63,707 bases of DNA, filler included, from Octopus bimaculoides (GCF_001194135.2; 8 parts of 8 records of this genome joined end to end with filler, not necessarily neighbours in it), one strand, 5' to 3'; positions 12,941 through 27,202 are shown, counted from the first letter of the whole stretch. A program made the numbers and translations. The notes: generated by a model from the sequence alone, not told the origin.

Positions 12941-13705
12941 ATTATATATAAAATATATAATCATAATGAAGGGTACTTGGAAAAACGAGCAAAATATGTA
13001 TGTATATCAATCCATATGTGTATGTATGTATATATATATATATGTACTATTTGTGAGAAGGAGGAGAAGAATTAGAGAAAGGATGGGAGAGACAAAAGAA
13101 GAATATAGAGAGAGGAAGAGAGAGAGAGAGAGGAATAGAGATAGTGATAGAATAGTGTCGCATCAGAATTATTAAGATAAAACTTACTTGGAAATGGATG
13201 GTGGCGTTCGATCATATAATAATATAAATAATATATGTATGCATATATACACACATGCATGTACATACTTACATAATATGTATATTCACATGCACATATG
13301 GGTACAGGACATCAAAAAACGTAAACATAAAAAAACGAGAACATGAATTACAAAAACATGGAAAACGAACGTTTTTTGAACAACGAAAGAAACAAATAGA
13401 AAAAACTTCCTCCTTGACTTTCTCATTGCTCACACGTGACCAGCGGCCATATTTCTTCTCTTAACTCGAATTTATTTCTTTCTTCTCGTTCAGTTACAAG
13501 AGATAGCGCGCCTTTGTGTCTGTCTCCTGCCAAAAGCTTGTTATCCAGCGTTCACCACTTCACCTCGTTATGGCTTAACAGCCCTTATCTTTTGTTTTAA
13601 CTGTCCTGCTTTTGTTACCAACTTTGTACTTGTATGTGTGTATATATGCATACATATATATATTATTTATTTTATTATATGATCGAACGCCACGCATCCC
13701 TTTCC

Positions 13706-13779
<74 letters not shown>

Positions 13780-14248
13780 CAGGGATGTGCCGCCTAGGTT
13801 AGCGAGGTAGGCAGTGGCTACCTTGAATAAAATAGATCGATAGCAACACTTACCTTTTATGGTAAAATATGTACCTAATTCAATAAAATTGTGAAGGTTA
13901 CTCTGATTACTATGCAGAAAATGCAAAATATTTTATTTTTTTGTAGATTAGGTAGGCATAATTCGCCCCTGCCTTTCAATCTCAGTTTTTAAGCTACACA
14001 TAATACTGCTGTAGTACACGTGCTGCGTACACTCCTACAACACCGTTTTCTTTACGTGCTATAAAGGCAGAAGTAAATCTGCTTTCAACTCGGTCGCGTG
14101 TCTGTTGTTTCGCTTATTTTTTGTGTGTTTTACTACATAAAGGTCATCAACTGCCTACCCTGAGTAATTACTAACGGCACGTACATGATATATATATATA
14201 TATACATATCACACACACACACATATATATATAGATATAGATTTGTAT

Positions 14249-14297
<49 letters not shown>

Positions 14298-14484
14298 TAG
14301 ATAGATAGATAGATATAGATATGTATACATGTATGTTTACATATGTGTATATATATGTATATATANNNNNNNNNNNNNNNNNNNNNNNNNNNNNNNNNNN
14401 NNNNNNNNNTTAATTAATTAANNNNNNNNNNNNNNNNNNNNNNNNNNNNNNNNNNNNNNNNNNNNCACGTGTCATATATATATC

Positions 14485-14820
14485 GTGGCATTCCGTCGGT
14501 TACGACGACGAGGGTTCCAGTTGATCCGATCAACGGAACAACCTGCTCGTGAAATTAACAGACATGTGTACCCTTAACGAGATTCAGCGTGACGCAGAGT
14601 GTGACAAGGCTGGCCCTTTGACATACAGGTACAACAGAAACAGGAAGAAGGAGTGAGAGAAAGCTGTGGTGAAAGGGTACAGCAGGGTTTGCTCCCCCCC
14701 CCCTGCCGGAGCCTCGTGGAGCTTTAGGTGTTTTCGCTCAATAAACACCCATAACGCCCAGTCTGGGAATCGAAACCACTACGAGCCCACTGCCCTAACC
14801 ACTAGGCTATTGCGCCTCCA
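14485..14820 (-). mobile_element. tRNA(Arg)-like SINE family B
   Basis: Reverse complement of 42116-42544 with a small internal deletion. Confidence 0.92.
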
Positions 14821-14828
14821 CTATATAT

Positions 14829-15030
14829 TTTACTCTTTTACTTGTTTCACTCATCTGACGGCGGCCATGCTGGATCACCACCTTATAGGATTTTAGTCGA
14901 AGAAATCGACCCCAGGACTTATTCTTCGTAAGCTCAGTACTTGTTCTATCGGTATCTTTTGCCGAACCGCTGCATTACGGGGACATAAACACGCCAGTAT
15001 CGTTTGTCAAGCGTTGGCGGGAAGGGGACA

Positions 15031-15035
<5 letters not shown>
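14829..15035 (-). mobile_element. SINE family A 3' half running into (CA)n and gap
   Basis: tttactcttttacttgtttca...gccatgctgga...gaccccaggacttattct...gccgaaccgct. Confidence 0.88.
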
Positions 15036-15077
<42 letters not shown>

Positions 15078-16424
15078 NNNNNNNNNNNNNNNNNNNNNNN
15101 NNNNNNNNNNNNNNNNNNNNNNNNNNNNNNNNNNNNNNNNNNNNNNNNNNNNNNNNNNNNNNNNNNNNNNNNNNNNNNNNNNNNNNNNNNNNNNNNNNNN
15201 NNNNNNNNNNNNNNNNNNNNNNNNNNNNNNNNNNNNNNNNNNNNNNNNNNNNNNNNNNNNNNNNNNNNNNNNNNNNNNNNNNNNNNNNNNNNNNNNNNNN
15301 NNNNNNNNNNNNNNNNNNNNNNNNNNNNNNNNNNNNNNNNNNNNNNNNNNNNNNNNNNNNNNNNNNNNNNNNNNNNNNNNNNNNNNNNNNNNNNNNNNNN
15401 NNNNNNNNNNNNNNNNNNNNNNNNNNNNNNNNNNNNNNNNNNNNNNNNNNNNNNNNNNNNNNNNNNNNNNNNNNNNNNNNNNNNNNNNNNNNNNNNNNNN
15501 NNNNNNNNNNNNNNNNNNNNNNNNNNNNNNNNNNNNNNNNNNNNNNNNNNNNNNNNNNNNNNNNNNNNNNNNNNNNNNNNNNNNNNNNNNNNNNNNNNNN
15601 NNNNNNNNNNNNNNNNNNNNNNNNNNNNNNNNNNNNNNNNNNNNNNNNNNNNNNNNNNNNNNNNNNNNNNNNNNNNNNNNNNNNNNNNNNNNNNNNNNNN
15701 NNNNNNNNNNNNNNNNNNNNNNNNNNNNNNNNNNNNNNNNNNNNNNNNNNNNNNNNNNNNNNNNNNNNNNNNNNNNNNNNNNNNNNNNNNNNNNNNNNNN
15801 NNNNNNNNNNNNNNNNNNNNNNNNNNNNNNNNNNNNNNNNNNNNNNNNNNNNNNNNNNNNNNNNNNNNNNNNNNNNNNNNNNNNNNNNNNNNNNNNNNNN
15901 NNNNNNNNNNNNNNNNNNNNNNNNNNNNNNNNNNNNNNNNNNNNNNNNNNNNNNNNNNNNNNNNNNNNNNNNNNNNNNNNNTTTTATATTTCAGTCATTT
16001 ATACAACATATTAATGTATGTATGTATGTATGTATGTATGTATGCATGTATGTATGTATGTAAACGCGTGTGTATATGTATGTAATAATATATATATATA
16101 CTCATAAACACGCATATAATTATATATGGTCTTCGAAACGTCTAGATAGAATAGAGACAGCTGATGAAGGGATATTCCAAGGGGCTTTCCGTTTTCCTAT
16201 GTGTTCGTTCCGTTGTCTGTAGTTTATTGTTCTAACGTCCTGTACCCTGATATGCATGTATATACACATGTAGATGTAAGTATGTACATATATGTGTGTA
16301 TACATGTATATATATTCTTTGTATTATATATATATATATGTGTATACATCTGTATATATGTGTTTATATATATGTATATATATATATATATGTTTATATA
16401 TATGTACACACACACACACAAATA

Positions 16425-16712
16425 CAAAATGAAGAGGAATGACCACTAAAGTGGACACCTAATACGCTAAACATAGACGTCAAATCGCCATTACCACGAA
16501 GAGTGTGTTCTCAAGAAAAATCTCAGTAAAACGCGAAAATGTAAAAATCGTTTTTTATTTCGTATATTTTCATTTGTCTTGCTCATTTTTACATTTTGGC
16601 GTTTTGCTGAGATTTTTCTTGAAAACAAACACACTCTTCGTGGTAATGGCGATTTGACGTCTATATTTAGCATATTAGGTGTCCACTTTACTGGTCATTC
16701 TTCTTAATTTTG
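16425..16712. repeat. Fold-back palindrome (MITE-like), about 120-bp arms
   Basis: gaccactaaagtggacacctaatacgctaaacatagacgtcaaatcgccattaccacgaagagtgtg is mirrored at about 16630-16700. Confidence 0.95.
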
Positions 16713-17663
16713 CATGTAACACATTTTTTAATCTTCGGATGTTTAAATATGCTAAGCCACTCGTTTTAATTGATTAATATTAATTTCTACCCTTATTATT
16801 TAATTTTATATATATATATATAGATAGATAGATAAAAAAANNNNNNNNNNNNNNNNNNNNNNNNNNNNNNNNNNNNNNNNNNNNNNNNNNNNNNNNNNNN
16901 NNNNNNNNNNNNNNNNNNNNNNNNNNNNNNNNNNNNNNNNNNNNNNNNNNNNNNNNNNNNNNNNNNNNNNNNNNNNNNNNNNNNNNNNNNNNNNNNNNNN
17001 NNNNNNNNNNNNNNNNNNNNNNNNNNNNNNNNNNNNNNNNNNNNNNNNNNNNNNNNNNNNNNNNNNNNNNNNNNNNNNNNNNNNNNNNNNNNNNNNNNNN
17101 NNNNNNNNNATATGTATGTATATATAAGAGGAGATATAAAAGGAAATCTTGTTATAAAAAACAAGAAAAAAGTAGTTATTGAAGAACATAAAAATAAAGA
17201 CAAAACCGATCTGTGTTAGTGAGAATATGATGAGTAGAGGTTGAGGGGAGGGGTCGTAACGAGGCTCTAATGCGTTTCTGTGTGGTGCAGACGGTAAACG
17301 CATTTCCCTCTCCGAGTGGACCCTGTGGACCTAGAGCACGATCAATGACCCTCAACCACTGTACTAAGACTGTCAGGAGCCTTCAATGTTTGGAGATCAG
17401 GTCCTTACGTCTCAGTTACTCACAATGGTGCTGTAGTTACTAGAGTGAAACAAGTTCAACAGTCTGAAGAGACAGCAGCACCACCACCACCACCAAAACC
17501 ACCACCAACAACAACAACAACTGCAACAACAAAAAGCGTATGTTGTTAGTGGCGGGGAGGCATGGCGTTCGGTGTTTTTTTGTCTTTTCTTTTTGTTTTT
17601 GCTTTAGGGATATCTTCAAAATAAAACATAACCAAAAACAACATAGAGTAATATATATCTATA

Positions 17664-17705
<42 letters not shown>

Positions 17706-18506
17706 NNNNNNNNNNNNNNNNNNNNNNNNNNNNNNNNNNNNNNNNNNNNNNNNNNNNNNNNNNNNNNNNNNNNNNNNNNNNNNNNNNNNNNNNNNNNNNN
17801 NNNNNNNNNNNNNNNNNNNNNNNNNNNNNNNNNNNNNNNNNNNNNNNNNNNNNNNNNNNNNNNNNNNNNNNNNNNNNNNNNNNNNNNNNNNNNNNNNNNN
17901 NNNNNNNNNNNNNNNNNNNNNNNNNNNNNNNNNNNNNNNNNNNNNNNNNNNNNNNNNNNNNNNNNNNNNNNNNNNNNNNNNNNNNNNNNNNNNNNNNNNN
18001 NNNNNNNNNNNNNNNNNNNNNNNNNNNNNNNNNNNNNNNNNNNNNNNNNNNNNNNNNNNNNNNNNNNNNNNNNNNNNNNNNNNNNNNNNNNNNNNNNNNN
18101 NNNNNNNNNNNNNNNNNNNNNNNNNNNNNNNNNNNNNNNNNNNNNNNNNNNNNNNNNNNNNNNNNNNNNNNNNNNNNNNNNNNNNNNNNNNNNNNNNNNN
18201 NNNNNNNNNNNNNNNNNNNNNNNNNNNNNNNNNNNNNNNNNNNNNNNNNNNNNNNNNNNNNNNNNNNNNNNNNNNNNNNNNNNNNNNNNNNNNNNNNNNN
18301 NNNNNNNNNNNNNNNNNNNNNNNNNNNNNNNNNNNNNNNNNNNNNNNNNNNNNNNNNNNNNNNNNNNNNNNNNNNNNNNNNNNNNNNNNNNNNNNNNNNN
18401 NNNNNNNNNNNNNNNNNNNNNNNNNNNNNNNNNNNNNNNNNNNNNNNNNNNNNNNNNNNNNNNNNNNNNNNNNNNNNNNNNNNNNNNNNNNNNNNNNNNN
18501 NNNNNN

Positions 18507-18652
18507 ATCATCATCATCATCATCATCATCATCACCCTCATCATCACCCTCATCATCATCATCATCATCATCATCATCGTCATCATCCTCACCCTCATCA
18601 TCATCATCATCATCATCGTCGTCATCGTCATCATCATCATCATCATCATCAG

Positions 18653-18686
<34 letters not shown>

Positions 18687-19140
18687 GTCATCATCGTCAT
18701 CATCATCATCGTCATCATCATCCTCACCCTCATCATCATCATCATCGTCATCATCATCACCACCAGTAACGACAGCATCAGTGGCTGAGACATTCCCAGT
18801 ATTTATTATCAGCATCTTCATCTGCCATAAAAACCACCACCATCACTACCGTTTCCACCACCGACACTACAGCCATTGCTACCCGTCTCCTCCTTCTCCT
18901 CGCCGTCATCATCATCATCATCATCATCTCCGTTATCACCGCTAACATCACCGTACGCCCTCCCCCCATTCTTGCACTTCTTCCTCATTAGCACTCTCAC
19001 TCACATCCCTCCCCCGCCATCCTTACCTTCCCCCCTCTCATCATAACGACCACCATCACTATCATCATCACTGTCATTATCAACGTCACGATCAGCATTA
19101 TCACAGCAATCATCTTCATCATCATCATCATCATCACCGA
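18507..19140. repeat. Long (CAT)n/(CAC)n trinucleotide region
   Basis: Direct inspection; yields poly-H/D/M ORFs. Confidence 0.95.
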
Positions 19141-19434
19141 CTACACAACTCCCTCGCTGCACCAACGCCACAGAAGCTAAAACAGGGTTCTGGAAATAAC
19201 ATTAACAGATCACCGTAGTAAAACAATTATTCTCTCTTTCTCACACTCTCTGTCTCTCTGTCTCTCTGTCTCTCTGTCTCTCTGTCTCTCTGTCTCTTTG
19301 TCTTTGGCTCTCTGTCTCCCCCCCCCTCTCTCTCTCTCTCTCTCTCCCCGTGCGTTAACTTTCTCGTTTTTCTCTTATTTTCTTACAATGTTTCTTTTTT
19401 ACGATTCCGTGCCTCTCAGTGTGTGAGAAATTGC

Positions 19435-19486
<52 letters not shown>

Positions 19487-19678
19487 NNNNNNNNNNNNNN
19501 NNNNNNNNNNNNNNNNNNNNNNNNNNNNNNNNNNNNNNNNNNNNNNNNNNNNNNNNNNNNNNNNNNNNNNNNNNNNNNNNNNNNNNNNNNNNNNNNNNNN
19601 NNNNNNNNNNNNNNNNNNNNNNNNNNNNNNNNNNNNNNNNNNNNNNNNNNNNNNNNNNNNNNNNNNNNNNNNNNNNNN

Positions 19679-19739
<61 letters not shown>

Positions 19740-20009
19740 TATAGGCATTATATTTCCAACAACACACACATATACACATGCTGACGCTCACACATACACA
19801 TGTATGTTTGTGTTCATACACACATATAATTTACTGTAACAGATTGATATATTTTGTATAATTAAAGTACTCAATACGTATAAATGAAGTATAATACTAT
19901 TTTCTACAAAATCGCTGACAAGTTTTCTTCATCAAGAATGATCAAAAATCCACTCCAAGTCATAGGATCATATTGACTATTTCATGGATTTCTGTGGCGT
20001 ATATGTTCC

Positions 20010-20837
20010 AGACTCAGGAATACATATGTATTTCTAACTCTTCGGTCGTATTTCTCGACATTTCTGTCAGTATACACCACTTCGCTCTCACTACTTCCAT
20101 CCACTACAAACATACCGACTCACACTCCTACTTTCACTTATCCTCCTCCTACCCTACCCACACCAAGCTCTCCATCCCCTACTCTCAGTTCCTCCGTCTG
20201 CGCAGGCTCTGCATTGACAACCATGACTTTGAGACTCAGTCTCAACTTATAGTTCGCCACTTCATCCTTTGTGGATATCCCCTCATCACTATCCACACTG
20301 CCCTTGCCAGGGCACGTTCCGTGGACCGTGCCTCTGCTCTTTCTCCCTGCACCCGCCCTACCGTTGCCCTCTCCCGTTTCCCCTCACCTACCACCTCTCC
20401 ACCCTGCCCCTCCAACGCACCATTCTCCGAGTCTTCCAGCGACTCCAGTTCCACCCCTCTACTTCGTACATCTTGCCAAACCTACCGCTTCCCGCCTTCA
20501 AATGAGCCCACAACCTGCGAGACCTCCTGGTCCACAGTTTCTTCCCTAACCCCACCTCCTGGGTCGTTCCCTAACCCCACCTCCTGGCTCGTTCCCTACC
20601 CCCACCCACTCTTTCGTACTTACTTCAACCTCTCCAACACCACAGGCACCCATCATCGTCCGTCCCTATCACATCACCGACCCCTTTACCTGCACTTCCA
20701 GCAACGTCATTTACTGCATCTCCTACTCTTTCTGCCCTTCCCTGTACATCGGTCAAACGAGACGCCGTTTGGCTGACCAGCTCGCGGAGTACCTCCAAGA
20801 CATGAGATCAGACTCGGCAATGACACCCCGGTCTCGG
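20010..20837 (+). mobile_element. Penelope-like element: RT thumb plus GIY-YIG endonuclease, frameshifted
   Basis: VFLDISVSI..LTTSIHYKHTDSHSY...SIPYSQFLRLRRLC...GYP in ORF 19973-20776; alternate frame reads FTCTSSNVIYCISYSFCPSLYIGQTRRRLADQLAEY. Confidence 0.93.
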
Positions 20838-22168
20838 AGAGAATGAGAATTGTGCTTTTTAAAGTTTACATTCTTGAAGGAAGGGCAGCGTACCGGAAAC
20901 CATTTTTTTTAGCTCCTGTAGACCGAGTTTAGGGGCAAGAGCATAGGAAATGATCGGATTTCGGTGCTTGCAATAGAGAGAACCCGACGAAAATAACTCA
21001 AGGGCCTGGCGTAGGTGTTAAATCAAATCAGCTGACAGATTAAATTTAACTTCCAAAGAAGCAGAACCAGTAATAAATATTCAGCATCTTCGTTCTGAGA
21101 CCAAACTTGGATTACTTATTTATTCCGTCGACCTCGAAATGATGAAAGGCAGAAGGATAAGAACTCAGGGCGAATACTACCGNNNNNNNNNNNNNNNNNN
21201 NNNNNNNNNNNNNNNNNNNNNNNNNNNNNNNNNNNNNNNNNNNNNNNNNNNNNNNNNNNNNNNNNNNNNNNNNNNNNNNNNNNNNNNNNNNNNNNNNNNN
21301 NNNNNNNNNNNNNNNNNNNNNNNNNNNNNNNNNNNNNNNNNNNNNNNNNNNNNNNNNNNNNNNNNNNNNNGCCGTGTTATTATTGGTGGGTGGTGGTGGT
21401 AGTGACAGTGGGAGGGGATGGTGTTCATGACGATGGTGATGTTGATGTTAGTGGTGGTGATGGTGGTGGTATCAGAGGTTACTGCTATTATTGTCATCAT
21501 AGTTATTATTATCTTTATTGTGGTGTGGATGATATTACTGGTATAGTTGTTGTTAGTTGTGTTCTTGTCATTTAACCCTGACTCAATTTTAATTGAGTAG
21601 ACTCTTGATTATCAGTATTCTAACCGTGACTCTCCCATTTTAATTTGCAGATATAGACTATTTAGGTGTATATCGTCTAATGTATCCTTTTCTTTAAGAG
21701 GGAATAGAGTGTTTTGCGGTAGATTTTGCTGTTTTTTCTAGCAGATCCCATGACCATATAAAGGTTTCTTTTTGACGTACTAAATTAATGGCGGCCGTGC
21801 ATTTAGCGATGCAAGAAAAAAGAGTTGTCACAGATATTGTTGTTGTGATGATGTCGTCTAGTGCAGTTTTCTTGCTAGAGGTGGTAGCAGTGGTGGTGGT
21901 GGTGGGTGATGTTGATGATGGTGGTGGTGGTGGTGGTGGTGGTGGGGCATATTCAAAGAGGATGCAGTAAAAGGAAGAACGGACGATGAGGTCTAAGTAA
22001 TGGGATTCTTGTACAGCGAAGTGGAAATAGTGACAGATCATAGAGATATCAACGGCAACATGTGTTTGTATGTGCGTGTGTGTGTATGTGTGTATGTGCG
22101 TGTGTGTGTGTGTGCGCGCGTATGTATGTATGTATGTATGTATGTGTATGTGTGTATCTATCTATCTA

Positions 22169-22205
<37 letters not shown>

Positions 22206-22252
22206 ATGTCTGTATGTATGTCTGTATGTCTGTATGTATGTTTGTATGTATA

Positions 22253-22453
22253 CTCTTTTACTTGTTTCAGTCATTTTGACTGCGGCCATGCTGGAGCACC
22301 GCCTTTTTAGTCGAGCAAATCGACCCCAGGACTTATTCTTTGGAAGCCTAGTACTTATTCTATCGATCTCTTTTGCCGAACCGCTAAGTTACGGGACGTA
22401 AACACACCAGCATCGGTTGTCAAGTGATGTTGGGGGGACAAACACAGACACAA

Positions 22454-22494
<41 letters not shown>

Positions 22495-22550
22495 CATATA
22501 TACGATGGGCTTCTTTCAGTTTCCGTCTACCAAATCCACTCACAAGGCTT
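22253..22550 (-). mobile_element. SINE family A (3' half, internal CA/TA microsatellite, part of 5' half)
   Basis: Matches 56330-56540 and 26160-26210 in reverse orientation. Confidence 0.93.
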
Positions 22551-22615
22551 TGTATGTATGTATTATGTATGTATGTATGTATGCATGTATGCATGTATGT
22601 ATGTATGTATGTATG

Positions 22616-22660
<45 letters not shown>

Positions 22661-22685
22661 GTCTGTCTGTCTGTCGTTCTGTGTG

Positions 22686-22722
<37 letters not shown>

Positions 22723-24861
22723 ATGTATGTATGTATTCATACATCGTTTAGAGACTAGGACTGGTCCTGTAGAAGGCCTTTCCTCACTTTAAAAAGCTTC
22801 AAACGTAGGTATCGCTTTTTTTAAAATTTCAACCTCTCTATTACGCATTGCATACTGTTATCGCTGGCCATATGCAGCCATTCAATAAAAGGCAAACCAT
22901 TCAATAAAAGAGTGGAATTAGCGGAATGAATGCATGTGTCAATGAGGGTGATAACTTTCTGAACACCTGTTGCACATCGTTGCCTCACTTGTGCAAAAGA
23001 GTGTAGGTATCTAGCAGGATTGAAAAACCACTCTGTGCTGCTCATGTTCAAAAGAACAATCAAACGATGACGTTCATCGAAATCGTTAAGTATCCATCAT
23101 AATATCCATGTATGAATTTTTTATATGTGTACATAAATCGCAAGAGCGCGTTTACAAATGGCGGAATAAATTTATATTTTGGTCAGGAAACCCTGGGTAG
23201 CTGTATCTTATAACGCTTTCTGTGATCTTTTTAGTATAGCAATGTCTATATGCATATATATATGTGTGTGTTTGTGTGTGTTTGTGTTCGTGTATATGTT
23301 TGTATTTGTGTGTGTGTGTGTGTGTGTTTGTGTGTGTGTTTGTGTGCGTGTGTGTGTGTGAGTCTGTGTGTACATGTTTGTTTGTTGCTCTGTTTTTTTT
23401 TGTGATTGATTACTTAGTGTGATGTGTATTAACATCATAAACTTCATTTAGATAGAGCTTAATAGTTCGACCACACAACCCTCAACAATAATTATTGTAT
23501 ACATTTTTTCTATATTGGAAGTGAGTGCTGCTAATAATCTCAACTATCCACCATTATACACACGACCAAATATATACAAAATATATCAAAATCAAATTCA
23601 CTTCCATCTGCACTGTTTCCATTTTTATTTTCATTTAGTATTTTTAATAAAAATTTCTAAGTTATCTGCCTTGCCTTTATTCAACAGAATTGTTTATTAA
23701 ATTNNNNNNNNNNNNNNNNNNNNNNNNNNNNNNNNNNNNNNNNNNNNNNNNNNNNNNNNNNNNNNNNNNNNNNNNNNNNNNNNNNNNNNNNNNNNNNNNN
23801 NNNNNNNNNNNNNNNNNNNNNNNNNNNNNNNNNNNNNNNNNNNNNNNNNNNNNNNNNNNNNNNNNNNNNNNNNNNNNNNNNNNNNNNNNNNNNNNNNNNN
23901 NNNNNNNNNNNNNNNNNNNNNNNNNNNNNNNNNNNNNNNNNNNNNNNNNNNNNNNNNNNNNNNNNNNNNNNNNNNNNNNNNNNNNNNNNNNNNNNNNNNN
24001 NNNNNNNNNNNNNNNNNNNNNNNNNNNNNNNNNNNNNNNNNNNNNNNNNNNNNNNNNNNNNNNNNNNNNNNNNNNNNNNNNNNNNNNNNNNNNNNNNNNN
24101 NNNNNNNNNNNNNNNNNNNNNNNNNNNNNNNNNNNNNNNNNNNNNNNNNNNNNNNNNNNNNNNNNNNNNNNNNNNNNNNNNNNNNNNNNNNNNNNNNNNN
24201 NNNNNNNNNNNNNNNNNNNNNNNNNNNNNNNNNNNNNNNNNNNNNNNNNNNNNNNNNNNNNNNNNNNNNNNNNNNNNNNNNNNNNNNNNNNNNNNNNNNN
24301 NNNNNNNNNNNNNNNNNNNNNNNNNNNNNNNNNNNNNNNNNNNNNNNNNNNNNNNNNNNNNNNNNNNNNNNNNNNNNNNNNNNNNNNNNNNNNNNNNNNN
24401 NNNNNNNNNNNNTATATATATATATATATATATATATTCATTATTTGGTATATACATGTTTAGGTGGGTGACCCCTCGGTTGCAGTCGAAATGGAACCGT
24501 CCCCTAAAAAGCCTCTCCGATCTTGCACGAATATTCAACAGTGGTTTACTTCTGCCTCAACATCGCCGAATTAATTTAATATAAGTTCCGTACACATAGA
24601 ATTGTGTAATCAAAATCTTATTTTCCTGAGTGTCATGAGAAACACATTTGCACTTTACTCCAGTTAGTAAAAGGCTCCAACCACTTCTGTTTTAGTTGCT
24701 GTAGTTGCCAATGTTGTTGTCGGGAAAGTGACATACAAATGATAGAACATTTAAAATCAAAATCAAACACTCCGCATTTATTAAAACGGCTGTGTTGATA
24801 TTACGAATATAAATAAAGTTATTTTCATTTTGATTGTACTCCATTATAACATAGACTATAT

Positions 24862-25075
24862 TTCTGCAAACTGACGGAATCGTTAGCTTGCCGGGTAAGA
24901 TACTTAGTGATATTTCGTCCGTCTTGTCGTTCTGAATTCAAATTCCACCTTGGTCGACTTTTCCTTCATCCTTTCGGCGGCGATAAAATACCTACCAGTT
25001 GAGTACTGGAGGTCAATGTAATCCACTCAGCTCCTCCCACAAAATTGCTAGCCTTTTGCCAAAAATTTGAAATCA
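24862..25075 (+). mobile_element. Diverged Deu/Nin-core SINE
   Basis: gaatcgttagc...gttctgaattcaaattccacc.tggtcgacttttccttcatcctttcggcggcgataaaata..taccagttgag. Confidence 0.82.
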
Positions 25076-26159
25076 ATATCTTAAATACATTTGGCGCGGA
25101 TCTTATATTTCATTTTATCCGAAATGCCAATATCAAAAAGCTCCCCATTTAAATAATGGGAGCAACTATTAAATGCGGCTTCGTCTGCAGATGAAGAAGA
25201 TATAGTCNNNNNNNNNNNNNNNNNNNNNNNNNNNNNNNNNNNNNNNNNNNNNNNNNNNNNNNNNNNNNNNNNNNNNNNNNNNNNNNNNNNNNNNNNNNNN
25301 NNNNNNNNNNNNNNNNNNNNNNNNNNNNNNNNNNNNNNNNNNNNNNNNNNNNNNNNNNNNNNNNNNNNNNNNNNNNNNNNNNNNNNNNNNNNNNNNNNNN
25401 NNNNNNNNNNNNNNNNNNNNNNNNNNNNNNNNNNNNNNNNNNNNNNNNNNNNNNNNNNNNNNNNNNNNNNNNNNNNNNNNNNNNNNNNNNNNNNNNNNNN
25501 NNNNNNNNNNNNNNNNNNNNNNNNNNNNNNNNNNNNNNNNNNNNNNNNNNNNNNNNNNNNNNNNNNNNNNNNNNNNNNNNNNNNNNNNNNNNNNNNNNNN
25601 NNNNNNNNNNNNNNNNNNNNNNNNNNNNNNNNNNNNNNNNNNNNNNNNNNNNNNNNNNNNNNNNNNNNNNNNNNNNNNNNNNNNNNNNNNNNNNNNNNNN
25701 NNNNNNNNNNNNNNNNNNNNNNNNNNNNNNNNNNNNNNNNNNNNNNNNNNNNNNNNNNNNNNNNNNNNNNNNNNNNNNNNNNNNNNNNNNNNNNNNNNNN
25801 NNNNNNNNNNNNNNNNNNNNNNNNNNNNNNNNNNNNNNNNNNNNNNNNNNNNNNNNNNNNNNNNNNNNNNNNNNNNNNNNNNNNNNNNNNNNNNNNNNNN
25901 NNNNNNNNNNNNNNNNNNNNNNNNNNNNNNNNNNNNNNNNNNNNNNNNNNNNNNNNNNNNNNNNNNNNNNNNNNNNNNNNNNNNNNNNNNNNNNNNNNNN
26001 NNNNNNNNNNNNNNNNNNNNNNNNNNNNNNNNNNNNNNNNNNNNNNNNNNNNNNNNNNNNNNNNNNNNNNNNNNNNNNNNNNNNNNNNNNNNNNNNNNNN
26101 NNNNNNNNNNNNNNNNNNNNNNNNNNNNNNNNNNNNNNNNNNNNNNNNNNNNNNNNNAT

Positions 26160-26320
26160 ATACGACGGGCTTCTTTCAGTTTCCGTCTACCAAATCCACT
26201 CACAAGGATTTGGTCGGCCCGAGGCTATAGTAGAAGACACTTGCCCAAGGTGCCACGCAGTGAGAATGAACCCGGAACCGTGTGGTTGGTAAGCGAGCTA
26301 CTTACCACACAGCCACTCCG
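26160..26320 (-). mobile_element. SINE family A 5' half
   Basis: Minus strand reads GGAGTGGCTGTGTGGTAAGTAGCTCGCTTACCAACCAC.CGGTTCCGGGTTCA. Confidence 0.93.
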
Positions 26321-26913
26321 TGTGTTTATATATATATGAGTGAATCGACTGAGGAATGCTAAAAGTAAAAAGAGGAACTGGCGAGGGAAATCAAAACAAA
26401 ATTAATGAGCTGCATTAAACTGTTGTTGTTGTTGTAGTTGTTGTTGCTGTTGCTATTGCGGACATTCTTGTTATCAATGTTGTCCTTACTGTTGTTGTTG
26501 TTGTTTTTATTGTTGTTATCTGTTAAAAGTCTATCATTTAGTTTTACACTCTTATCACATTGCAAATGATCAAAGACTAAAAATGCGCCTCATTCAACCG
26601 TTCCTTTGATGATGTTCTTTCTGTTAAGAATGGGTGTATATAGTACAGATGTATATACAGATATATAAAGTACAGTACAGATAAGTCCTCCATATTCCTT
26701 GTTCTGTGTGTCTGTTTATATATATATATATATATATATATACCTCCCTCTCTACGTACCTACCTACGTACAGTTATATATGTATGTTTGGGTTTACTTA
26801 CATAAATCTGTGTNNNNNNNNNNNNNNNNNNNNNNNNNNNNNNNNNNNNNNNNNNNNTTAATTAATTAANNNNNNNNNNNNNNNNNNNNNNNNNNNNNNN
26901 NNNNNNNNNNNNN

Positions 26914-27167
26914 AATTCCTATCATAGTAGGTGCCTTAGGTATAATAAAAAAATATTCAGACAAATACATAACAAAGACACCAGGACTTACAAATATATA
27001 TAACATACAGAAAATTGCACTACTGGGTACTGCACACATTCTACGCAAAACACTTTCAATACAGTAAACATAAGAGCACCACAGCAAACCACAGCACATA
27101 CTCAAGGCGCATAGAGCTGCGCTCGGTAGTGAAGTGAAAGCATGTTATAAAAATAAAATTACTGAAC

Positions 27168-27201
<34 letters not shown>

Positions 27202-27202
27202 G

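Noticed and set aside
21780-21810. ATGGCGGCC (YY1-like) and homeobox-like TAAT motifs, also about 47158
   Set aside because: Short motifs are not distinguishable from chance without conservation or chromatin data.
24455-24580. Possible exon VGDPSVAVEMEPSPKKPLRSC
   Set aside because: Weak splice sites, early stop, no recognisable homology.
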